From Takakia lepidozioides (taxonomy: Eukaryota > Plantae > Bryophyta): a stretch of DNA of 64,000 nucleotides. Both the position numbers and the translations under genes were made by a program. The notes under the pieces are model-generated. The model did no database searches. It worked only from the letters and a program-made list of their open reading frames with translations, and was not told where the DNA came from. Where the stretch lies: the NCBI GenBank assembly GCA_030704615.1, contig CM060733.1, positions 21,080,001 through 21,144,000 of the forward strand. The letters are read 5' to 3'. Positions 28,301 through 39,500 of the stretch are shown piece after piece. Positions within the stretch are counted from its first letter, which is position 1. Every line of letters starts with the position of its first letter.

Positions 28301-29699
28301 AGCCAGTGAAGGAGCGCAACATGGCGGCGACGTGGTAAGAGCATCGCGGGCTGCCACGCCCCATTTTTGGCGTCACGCCGCAGCGATGGATGAGAGGACA
28401 ACGCATTCATTCGTCGCCGGAAGATGGATGAAGTCGTCGGTCTTGGCACGCTTGTCTGCTAGGGTTTGCGGCGGCATTCGAGGCGTGTTGTGGGAGTGCG
28501 GGTTGTTGGGGGTGCTGTTGTGTTATCGAGAGAGCTCTTGGTAGGAGGACGACAGGATGGAATGCAGCTCGTCATCAGCAAGGATCAGTGCGCCACTGAT
28601 CAGTGCGGCGATGGGGAAAGTGATGCACACGTCTTCATCTACCTTCTCCCATATCTTTGGTGCTGCTTTAGAAATGGCTGCTTTTAGTCTTGTGGCTGCG
28701 TCAGGGTTTGAGGGATGTGGGATGTGTAGGGGAGTAGAGCATGTATCTATGACGCTCTTCGTCATTTCTTGCAGTATGGATGTGAGGAGGGGCTCTGCGG
28801 CAAGCTAAGTAGACTCGGGGGAGCGTGTCGGGTTTGTATCGGCGAAAGTCTCACGGTTTCTAACTACTTGGTTTTAGGAGTGTCTCTGGCGTTGTGTTTC
28901 ATCATTGCATGGCTGTGTTTCATCACGTCTTGAGGATAGTCGTTGGTGGGGACCAAGTTGGGGTGCACTAGTATCGAGAGACCAAAAAGCGGACTTCATC
29001 ACATTCACCGGAGAAAGAATTGCGCTGAGAACAGGAATAGATATGGCCCTCCAAAGGTGCACCCTAGCTCGGTTCCCACCAACGACCATCCTAAAGAAAC
29101 GCACTGATAAAACACAGCCTGAATGACTCCTAAAACGACGTAGTTAGAATCTACGTAAATCTTGATGCTTCTGGTCTTTGGACTCCGTTGGAGACAGTTG
29201 GTGCTCTATGTGCCATGGTTGAGGTTCGTGACAAGGAGTTTGAAAAGTGTTTTTATTATTCGTCGAAAGTTAAGGCTATCCTAAAGACCAGGGTTCAGTG
29301 TTGACAGCCTTTTTAAGTCGCAAGTCCTCCCACTATGCTCATTCTTTTGTGTCACATCTGTACACCATTGCACACTGCTGCCCCGAGTACGCAGCAGTGT
29401 GCTTTTGTAATGATGAGAAATAGAAGGAAAAAAGGCGAAGGAGGTGCTCACGCCGATGAAGCACTTCTGCTTATGCCACCTGCGAACCGGTCACCGCGAT
29501 GGTCGCTGGGGATATCCAAACTCCAGGAACTCACAGCTGAGGGAGGGCAGAACTAGAAAGCAAAGTAGGGCACAATCTATTTGGTGGTTTCTTCGGCACC
29601 CTGGCACACAGCATTGGGGGCAGGTACCGACCTAGTCAATATAGATCAATTTTTCGAACTCTCAAAATGTGCCAGATCTCAGGGGTCTGGGTAAATCCT

Positions 29700-30936
29700 C
29701 AACTGATCTGTTGAGGGTCGATGCTGTGGAGTTCTTTGAAATTTTCCCAGCTAGATCCAAAAGCAATTATTGTTGGAACTGATGCCAGAGCTGAGGGGGT
29801 TCCTTGTTGCAGGCTCAAATGTGGTGTCTTCTTATACTGTCCTGTTAGCAAGGATTGCTGTCACCCAAACAGCCACGTTTTTCCTGGAAGTGTTATGTAT
29901 TAATTTTTTCAATGCCCTTAAGCTCCCTCAGTTACAGGAGAACCCTTCTGTTGAGGTCGGTCATGATAGTACTGTCCTTCACTTGGTTTTGGGCCATTTG
30001 CTTCTCAATGCTTGTTGGAACTTCCCAGAATTCTTGAAGAGGCCTGTCAGAATTCCTCCAAACCCAGTTTCAATCATTGTTTTCTTGAGGCAGCTGCCGC
30101 TCTTGTGAGAAAGGCATGTGTGAGGGACCCGGAGCAAGTATCACCATGAGAATGTACTGTTCCCTGTCTGTCAGACTGTTTTGGAGCTGGAATATTTGTT
30201 CCAGATAATGGGACAGCTGGTTGAGAGCCGCAAACCACCTCTTCCCCAAATCTGCTTTGCATACTTCCTCCACTGCTCACACCGATGCTATGGCGACAGG
30301 CCAATGTTCCTGGTCTGGTGAGGCTTCTGCAGGCACACCTAGAGAAGGCAACTCCAAGAGATCAACAAGGGCAAGCAGCTGATGAGATAGTTTTGGGAGT
30401 GTTTGAGAAGCTGGTTTCTTCCAGGAACACTGATTGTCACTGTTTTATCATTCTCAGCACGGTTGAGGATCTGCGGTTTGAGACTCTCCCCTTACATGGG
30501 CCATATCTGGAATAGTCTATTCGGCTGCAGTAAGTGAAAGTTTATCAGGTCACTTGTTTTATTTGCATCTCTGTTTGTTGTGATACACAGGCCAACTCTG
30601 TACTCAATTAAAACTCATTCATCAGCACAATGCCTGGTCACCCAACCTCTCCTCCATCAAAGGAGAGATATAGATGAAGTTGTGTGCTGTTGCTGCCATG
30701 ATGATTTTTACCCCGTTGTTGGAGCGCCGCACAAGTTCTGTTTATGCCCGTTCCATAATTCAGTCGAAAGGAAGACGATCCTTTCAAGGATCAAACAGAA
30801 TTTTGCAAAGACGTTGGCTGGAGTGTCCTCACAGCATCCTGGGAAGCTGCCCTCTATTAACCAGCAGGGTTTGGAACCCGCAAACCGGACAGCATTGGCT
30901 CAGTTGTGCAGCAATTTCAGAGTCTCCATTGCGTAG
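29700..30936 (+). pseudogene. CSE1/CAS (exportin-2) pseudogene, C-terminal half
   Basis: Frameshifted pieces FLVAGSNVVSSY, PSFNHCFLEAAAALVRKAC, NVPGLVRLLQAHLEK and VLGVFEKLVSS, plus the C-terminus GLEPANRTALAQLCSNFRVSIA*, match plant CSE1. Confidence 0.85.
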
Positions 30937-31773
30937 GCTTGGTAATAGGAGTGCTTCCCTTCTCTGCTTCCCTTTCCTTCTCCCCATCCCGGGTCCAGAA
31001 GGTGCTCTCTCTCTCTCCCTAGTGGTATACAGGTAAACATTTTTAACATGTTTGTGGGTATTTTCAACGGCAGGTTTTTAAGATTTTTGGGGAGATCTTG
31101 TGTGAGTGCACGATGTGCTGCCGTGTGTGTGAGATAGAGGGGGGCATGAGAGCAACTGAGTGTACCTTTCAAAGAGCACATAGTGACCATTCATGTGTCC
31201 TTATTCAGGGTAGGCCATGTTACTGATTTTGTTGTCAACAGAAGTGGCTAGATGATTGGTATGTCTAGTGTGTTTCACCTCCATGAAGAATGTACTCCAT
31301 ACTGAGGTAATCCAAATTCTTTATTATGGACAAGCTGGGGATTCTGTCTTTTTTGTGTCATGTGAACATCGACTCAGAGTGAAGAGTTATGACTCTAAAA
31401 CACTGAGCACAGTTCTCGCATTTCATGTGTAATGATGCATTAGTAATTATGTAATAATATACATATTATTTTCTATAATGTTGATGCCACCAGTAGCTTT
31501 TTCTACCTTGAAGGATGAGTCAGTGACATTTTGGTTGAAGACAGCATGAGGTGGCTTTGGTTTTAATTCCATTAGTGTCTTATCCCAATGGCATTTAGGA
31601 TTACTGTGCGTGCCTAGTTTGCGGCCTACATGTGAAGGTGATCTGGGGCCTGTTACATTTTCTCATGTTACATCCATGCTTTGCTTAGGATTCCATTATT
31701 TAGTCTGGGAGGGGCTTGGCTCTTGGCACTGGTCATATCTGGCAAAAAAACAGTGTGCTGGAGTGTGTGTGTG

Positions 31774-32077
31774 TGGTTACCCTCTGTGCTCTTTGGATGC
31801 AAGGGGATGACTTAGTGTTAACATTGTGATCTGTGTGAGTAGAGTGGGAATCTCGGACATCTCTGGCAGTTCATTCTCGGTCCTCTCTGCAAACAAAGTT
31901 CTACTTCATTTCCCAAACAAAAGCTTGGTTACCCTCTGTGCTCTTTGGATGCAAGGGGATGACTTAGTGTTGACATTGTGATCTGTGTGAGTAGAGTGGG
32001 AATCTCGGACATCTCTGGCAGTTCATTCTCAGTCCTCTCTGCAAACAAAGTTCTACTTCATTTCCCAAACAAAAGCT
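31774..32077. repeat. 152-bp near-perfect tandem duplication
   Basis: Copies at 31774-31925 and 31926-32077 differ at about 2 positions. Confidence 0.95.
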
Positions 32078-32195
32078 ATCTACTGCAGAAGAGTGGAATT
32101 TTTATACAGACTAGAATGTAGGTAGAGCAGACCCGGTCAATGTACAGGATGGGAAGAAAAGAAGATTCATGGACAGGGATAATGGCAGATGCGTT

Positions 32196-32281
32196 CTGTC
32201 ACTGAAAAACCAAGTGTGATTTGATAAGAAATGAAGTCCTGTCACTGAAAAACCAAGTGTGATTTGATAAGAAATGAAGTC
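32196..32281. repeat. 43-bp perfect tandem duplication
   Basis: CTGTCACTGAAAAACCAAGTGTGATTTGATAAGAAATGAAGTC occurs twice. Confidence 0.95.
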
Positions 32282-32984
32282 GCATGTTGCAATGTTGAGT
32301 GCTATCAGTACTCTCTGCTCTAGTCTATTTGCTTGTGATTTCTGAGCAATGGCTTCCTCTTTGAACTCTTAACTACAACTTCCCCTACACAAGCAAGACT
32401 ACCTCTGAATCTGTTTTCGTTAATGAGTAGTATGATGAGCATCCCATTGTCGCAAAGGACTATCAAAGGAGAGCTAATTCCGTGAGCTAGGCAAGAGATG
32501 CAAACGTGTATGGATTGCTGGGTTAGACTGTGAAGAAAGCACCTAGAGAGTTTGTATGCAGCAGAAGTTACCAAGAGCTTCAGTTGAATGTGGCCAAAGA
32601 GCAGCTTGCAAATGGTGGAGTGTTGTCAGGCGCACAGTCAGGGATTCCCGGGTTTATACTCTGAGGGAAAGTACACAGTGCCGGATATAGAGAGCTTCTT
32701 ACACGCCATGAAGCCCAGTGGGTCCCCCCTTTGGGGATCCAGAGTGTAGGGCTGATGTTTTAGAAGAGTGCAGTTTCCGTACTAAAAATAAGACTTGTTG
32801 GTATTCCCGAGTAAGAACTTCAGAAAATACTAGCACGTTTGGTCCAACATGACCGAAAGTTATAAGTAAATCTATGATTATACATAAAAAAGAATCCCTC
32901 TGGAGTTTTCTTGGTGGTGTGGAGTCTGGAAGTAATTTGTAAGTTTGTCTGATCTACTGCTCCAAAAGATCTTAATATTATAAT

Positions 32985-33230
32985 TGTTTACACTAGACAT
33001 AGGATGGGAGCTGAATGGGCGCGTGCGAGACCGTGGGCTCCCCTCGCTGGAGCCGTGTGCCCTCCGGCGCGCAGCCGGAGGCCGCCTGTCAAATCCCCAT
33101 CCCCCGGGCCCGCACGCGCCGCCCCACCCCGCCCGTGCCCCCGCCCGCCCTCCGCTCCCATGTGCCTCCGCGGAGCCTGCTTCGCTCCCCCCCCACCCCC
33201 CCCCCCGGGCCGCTCCCCTTCGCTCCGCTC
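32985..33230 (+). repeat. Left TIR of the MULE
   Basis: Reverse complement of about 55960-56196. Confidence 0.92.
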
Positions 33231-34118
33231 CCCGGTGCCTGTGCTCCCCTGTTTCGGCCCCCCCTCCCGCGGACCTCCCCGCTCCCCTCCCTCGGTCCCT
33301 GTTTCTCTACTCCCATGTTATGTTGCCCCCCCACGGCGTTCTCCGCTCCCCTCCTTTGCTCCCCTGTATATCCGCTCCCCTGTTTCGCTCCTCCCCTCCT
33401 CCGCCCCCCTTGGCCTCCGCTCCCCTGTTTCGCTGCTCCCCTGTTTCGGCCCCCCCTCCCGCGGCACTCCCCCATGCCTGGAGCTTCCGCAACCCTGTTT
33501 CGCTCCTCACCTGTAAAACCCCCCGCGCGGAGCTTTACGATCCCCTGTATATCTAGTCCCCTATTTCGCTCCCTCACTGCGCTCTCCGCTCCCCTGTTTC
33601 GCTCCCCGCTCACCTCCTCCACTCCCCTGTATATCTGCTCCCCTGTTGCGCTCCCCCGTGGCGCTCCCCGCTCCCCGGTGCCTCCGCGACCCTCTTTCGC
33701 TGCTCCCCTCTATATTTGCTCCCATATTTGCCCCCCCTGCGGCGCACTCCACTCCCCTGTGCCTCCGCTCCCTTGTATCTCTGCTCCCCTATTTCACTCC
33801 CCCGCGGAGAGCTCCGCTCCCCTGTTGCGCTGCTCCCTTGTATCACCCCCCCTCCCGCGGCGCTCCCCGCTCCCCTCCTTCGGTCCCATGTATCTCTGCT
33901 CCCCTGTTCCGCTCCCCCGCGGCGCTCTCCGCTCCCCTATTTGCTCCCCTCTATTTATACTCCCCTATTTCGCTCCCCTCCTTCGGTCCCATGTATCTCT
34001 GCTCCCCTGTTCCGCTCCCCCGCGGCGCTCTCCGCTCCCCTATTTGCTCCCCTCTATTTATACTCCCCTATTTCGCTCCCCTCTATCCCTACGCCCTTGT
34101 TTGTCTGTGCTCCCTTGC
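33230..34118 (+). repeat. C-rich subterminal repeat array (GCTCCCCTG motif)
   Basis: Dozens of CGCTCCCC(TG) units. This array produces the spurious Pro-rich ORFs. Confidence 0.9.
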
Positions 34119-36512
34119 TAGAAAAGTAGATCGACGGTGGGTAAACCATCCCGCGAATATGCGTCGTTTTTCACCAAAATGGATGTCTGTGATGCCCTGC
34201 AAGGTGGCACGTGGACGTCCAGGAATGGATGTAGCATTGCAGGGCTTGCCAATGGATTTGAATCGTCACTCTCACTGTTCGTTCGCAGGTCCCTCGTACG
34301 ATGTCGAAGCTGCACACGGCCCATCTGTTGTCCGACCTGCTTGCGAGAGTGCAACGGCCGCTCGGAGGTCCTTTCAACCACCTGCAGTTGGGCTGGACTA
34401 CAACGATAGTCAGCGGCCGACATGGATGCAAAAGAACTGTGGAAACCGCAGTCATTCCTTGGGATAGAGCTGAAGATTTTGTTTGTGGAGAGCAGTCAAT
34501 GCCTAGTGTGCCAACAACATTCTTAGTCATTCATACCCGCAAGGCTACTAAGAGTGGTTTGATAGCGCCACGAGCAAATAGTTATCGAGTGGTTCACTGG
34601 TGTGTTACTTTCCCGGCTTTCTTTCATTTTGTGGTCATTGCATCTGTTTCATACCAGCTTCTTAATCCACGACATGTGCAGGTACCATTGTGCATATGGC
34701 CCAGAGGACAATCGCAATTCAGAAATTCGTGTTTGCAGACCTCCGCCAAGACCGCTACGAGGTCACGAGAAAACCAACCCTGGAACAACCCGATTGCCCC
34801 GCAAACCCAAGGACCACAAAGATCCCCGCCGATCGAGCAAAGACGTTCAAGAGGGGTTGTTGTTGTAGTTTCAAGATTGGGCAGTGTTTTTTGGATCCCA
34901 CCATAGCATTACGTTCTACAATAAAAACCATATAGACACAAGTGGTTTGCCTTGTCATGGCGCTCTGGATCCAACATGTTCCCATACTCGTTTTGCACTT
35001 GCGCCCCCACATAAGTGAAGCGATGAAGGAGTGGGTGATGGAGAATTTGCGGGCTGGTCTTTCGGCGGTGAAGATTATGGCTTTACACAAACAACATTTA
35101 CATGAGAATTTGGCAAACGGTGGTAAGTGGAGTCGAGATGATTTCCTGTTAGACCACGATGTGCGAAATTTGACAGAAAAACTAGCTTGGGAGACATACA
35201 AGCGACACGAGAGCGATCCTGTGAGCACAAAAATGCGGATGGATGCCAACCCATCATGTGTCTTCTTCTACCAAGAAGATACTGTGGGTGATTCCGGCGG
35301 TGGCAAGCTCACTATTGGTATCCAGACTCCATGGCAGAGGCGCCAAATCCTGGAACAAGGACACAATCGCATTGTCGCATGTGATGCTACATTCGGAACA
35401 AATGAAGCAAGGTTAGTGGTCCCTTCTCAGCTCCCCTAACTAATTTCATGTCTGCTCCCTGGCTTTGTGCTCCCCTCCTCTGTGTTCCCCTGTCCGCGCC
35501 AACCCCCTGTGGCCCGTGTGATCCCCTGTTTGCTCCCCTGTCCGCGCCCACTGTCTGTGCAGCCTTTGGCTTCCCCGTGGGCTCCCCTACTGGGCTGTGT
35601 GCTCCCTTGTGTGTTCCCCTGTCCGTGTGCAGCCTCACAGCCCCGTATTTCCGACAGGGATGCCTCGGCATGAGCCTGATCAAGTGAGCGCGTGAGCGCG
35701 TAAGCGCAACAGCGCTCACGCCACGTCACCTTGCGCAAATGCCATGTCACGGGCTCACTCCACGTCATCAGACGTGAAGGCCGCGTCACCACGCGCCTAG
35801 AAAGAAGTGGAGTGTATTCCCGCGGATTGGCACCCTTTACCGCGGAAACAAGCTGGACGACATAATAAAAGGCATTGAATAAAGGATGGATGAATGTACA
35901 GATGGATGATAAACAGATGGATGAGTGTGAAAAATGAATGTAGATGGATGAATGAGGGATGGATAAGAGTAAAATGGATGAATGTATAATGGATGTTGAG
36001 GAATGACAAAAATACATGACAGGAAGATGCATGACCAAAACTTTTGACGAATGTACAACGTATATGAAATGAGTGTGGAAGCCCCCTTTCTTATTTTCTG
36101 CTTCCTATTTATGCCGAAGCAATGGCACTTCACGCGGCCGAGTCCCTATCCCCTGACTTTTTAGTGGCCAGCTGTAGGTGTATCCAGCATGGATCCGGTG
36201 TTCTAAAATACTTAGACTTAGATGCAGAGGAAGCGGGGATACATTGTACTGACTCTGAGTCAGACTGAACTATATTCTTTTAATATTCATTTTCATACTA
36301 TCTGGAAAACGTTGAATCCCCTTCCTCCACCGTAGTTGTTCCTTTAGAACAAATAATAATCACATAATCAACTTTCATTTAAATTGCAATATGTATGAAT
36401 CCATCTCACAAACCTCTCTGACTCTTCCCATATCCATTGTGCATTCATCTACAGTGTATTCATGCGTGTTCCATTCATGAATTTTTTCCTTTGTTCAACA
36501 TTCATTGTACAT

Positions 36513-39500
36513 TCATCCTCTGTACGCTGCCTTTCCTGAAAGACAGCCTGAAAAAATTATTACTATAACTTTGATGTTATTGAGAAATTGAGTATGGCTC
36601 CCAAAGAGGGTTTAGCACTTACTCACATGAAAAGTCGTTGTCGACCTGCTTATCTTCGGGATCGTCATCATTTTGAATTTGAATCCGATTAGTCTGTGTG
36701 CCTGAAGTGGAGCCAGACAAAAGGGGGAGGAGCACTGTGTTGTAGAGGTCAGAATCACCCTCCATGCCAAAAAGGCTTCTTCCGCCTGCCTTGCGTGCAT
36801 GGTAAGTTGCTCCTGCACCAGACAGGAGGACATGAACAGTTTGGTGGGGGGGATTTAAGCAGATGAAACTGTTGAAATAAAACCAATTCGGAAGGGAAAG
36901 AACGAACCTGTGGACACAGAAAGATCGACCACCCGTGCAGAGCGGTGGCTGCATGACTCCAGCAATATTTGCTTGAACGCTAGGGACTTTTCCTTTGCAC
37001 CTCTCCAGGGAGTGCCATCTGGTCTCTTCAGAGTCTGACTGGACTGCATGAAGTTGTACAAAATGTCATCGACATGGGGCTCATAGGGGGGGTTGACGAA
37101 ACAACCCTGGTCAGAAATCTCAAAGCTGCGGATGGAGGATGGTGTCTTTGAGGTGCGAATCCTCCGCAGGCAGATCGCCTCGAACATCCTCGTCTGCCAA
37201 AAATAGCAGGTTAGTGTGGTAAACACAATCTATAGTGGAAGTGTGTACATCGGCTATTCAGAACTCAGACACAATAAAATCATTTTTATCATGAATCGGT
37301 GATGATCGATGTCGATCATAACAGATTCTACTAAAGTGGAGCTGCAGAGAACATTGAAACTCATCATGAAAGCACAAGCAGAAGGGAGACGGCATACCAG
37401 CTGACTAGGGAAACCCTCTTTCACAAGATAGAGGCTGTTCACACAATTCCATGTGCGCAAAACTTCATACCCTGAAGACTTGAGGTATGATGCCAATGCC
37501 TGACGACTATCATTGTCACATAACTGAAAAAACAGAAGTGTCCCTGCATCAGAGAGGAAGTTATTACAGAACCCGAACACCCAACTCCAGTAGTTGTCCT
37601 CGAATTTGTTCCAGCCTGGCGTCTTGCCCTTTGGAAGAACTTCTGGCACAGCCTGGCCATCCGGGATGTCGAGAATGACAATGTCGGCCGCATAAGTTTT
37701 CTGCACACCGCACACAAAGGTGGGACCTGTGCTCACCTGCAACAGACATGTTTTTTATAAGAACGATGGCAAGAATGTTTTCAAAGAACGAGACTGAAAT
37801 ACTGCCAACGAAACTTTCAGAGAAAAAGGAAAGAAACTGGAATTCTCACCAGATTGAGGAATGAGATTATATTGTCCCAGGTAGGCGAAGGCACCCCAGT
37901 GTATCCTCTCTTTCGACTCTGCATCATCGACAGCCAACCCTCATTAACAATTTTCATCTCTCCTGCCGAATCAGAACGGGAAGGGTGTGGCTTGGCATCG
38001 AACACGCACTGAACAGTGCGGGTATATCTTCCAGCAGTAAAGTCATGCCCACTCTCCATCTCCTTTTCTTTCTCCTTCCCCTTGTCCTTTTCCTTCTCTT
38101 TGGACTTGTCTTTGTCCTTTGGCTTTGCTGGTGAGATGGCTATGACATCAACAGCCTTATCTTTTGGTTTGCGGCCCGCCTTCTTTCCCTTCTGCGGCAT
38201 TCCCTGAGCATCAGGCTCCTTGGCAGCCAATGTTGCTATGTTTCGTTGGTACTCTTCGTCAGTCAAAGGCGCCAGCATCTCAGCGTTATTGTTCAAGTAT
38301 TTCATATGCTGTTCTTGAAAGGTCGTGTGCTCCGGTGGGCAGTCAAGGTACCACCCACAGTCTCTGAAGTGAGAAGGACTCCAGTCCTTCAATATCCCTG
38401 CAGTATACATGGTTGGATCGTTTGCAGGGTCCGACCACATGTCAAGATAGTCTGGAATTCCGCTCAGGTGATTTCCTTCCATGAGCATATATTTCGTGTA
38501 CCTGAAAAAAAGGAGATAAATCCCAACCCACAAAAGCGCTCAGTGAGGAAGATGCAAGTAGAACAGAATGAAAAAAACATAGATTGAAATGGCTCTCAGA
38601 ACTGCTCCAAGGACCTTTCAGTACCACACGACAGCTCCAGATGTGAATGTCGTCAACGCCATTCAAAACATTCCATTCAATGATACTGTAAATACACCCT
38701 AATCCAGGTGAATGCAAACTATCGTTTTGGAATGACACGGACATAGAAGTGAATGTCGTCAACGACATTCACTTTGGATTTGTGAATACACTCCTAATCA
38801 AGCCTAATTATTCCTCAAATGAAGCAAAATCACAGGATGGAAATCATAAACTCGAGTAAGGAACCCTCCCGGAAAACTCAATGCACATTCATAACGAACA
38901 TATCACTGAGGACCTCACAACAACACTGTATGTGAATGGCGTCAACGCCATTCACAAAAATACCAACAAGGAACCAATTACTTAGCTCCCAATCCATGTA
39001 AATTCAAACTGTCACTGCTAAATAATACAGACACAGAAGTGAATGTCGTCAACAGCATTCACTTTGGATTTCTCATAACAGAGCTTATCAAGCCTTCAGA
39101 TTCCTCGCAAGAGGCAAAAACAATGCAGAACAACTGAATGTCTGCATTGACATTCAGCAAAATGAAGTGAGGAACCCTCACTGTAACCTCTATGGACATT
39201 ACAAAAATTTACATAACTCTCAGGACCTCTCAACAACTCCGGTTGTGAATGTCGTCAACGCCATTCAAGGATATTATCAATTATAATCAAGGACACTATA
39301 ATTACACCCTTAGAACCAAGTGAATTCATATACTCGCTTAAGAATGACTCAGACAAAGAAGTGAATGTCGTCAACGACATTCAATCTGGATCTATGATTG
39401 CAATCCTTATGAAGCCACATTTTTTCCCAAAAAAAGCAGTAGAGTTTCAAGTATGACATTGCACCTGTAAACAACTCGCATCATGGCCCACTCTCCTCCA

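Noticed and set aside
32984-34129. Long Pro/Ser-rich ORFs in several frames (also 45236-46077 and 48330-48849)
   Set aside because: They are artefacts of the stop-poor GCTCCCC repeat arrays.
37090-37105. NPPY in the methyltransferase region as the catalytic motif IV
   Set aside because: It lies in the variable region between DIPD and motif X-I rather than after the hydrophobic strand (DIVIL) expected for motif IV. It is probably coincidental, though a structure model should test it.
38643-39384. CRISPR array (palindromic repeats with spacers)
   Set aside because: Spacers are about 70-160 bp and homologous to each other in a roughly 300-bp higher-order repeat. The locus is a eukaryotic intron with no cas genes.
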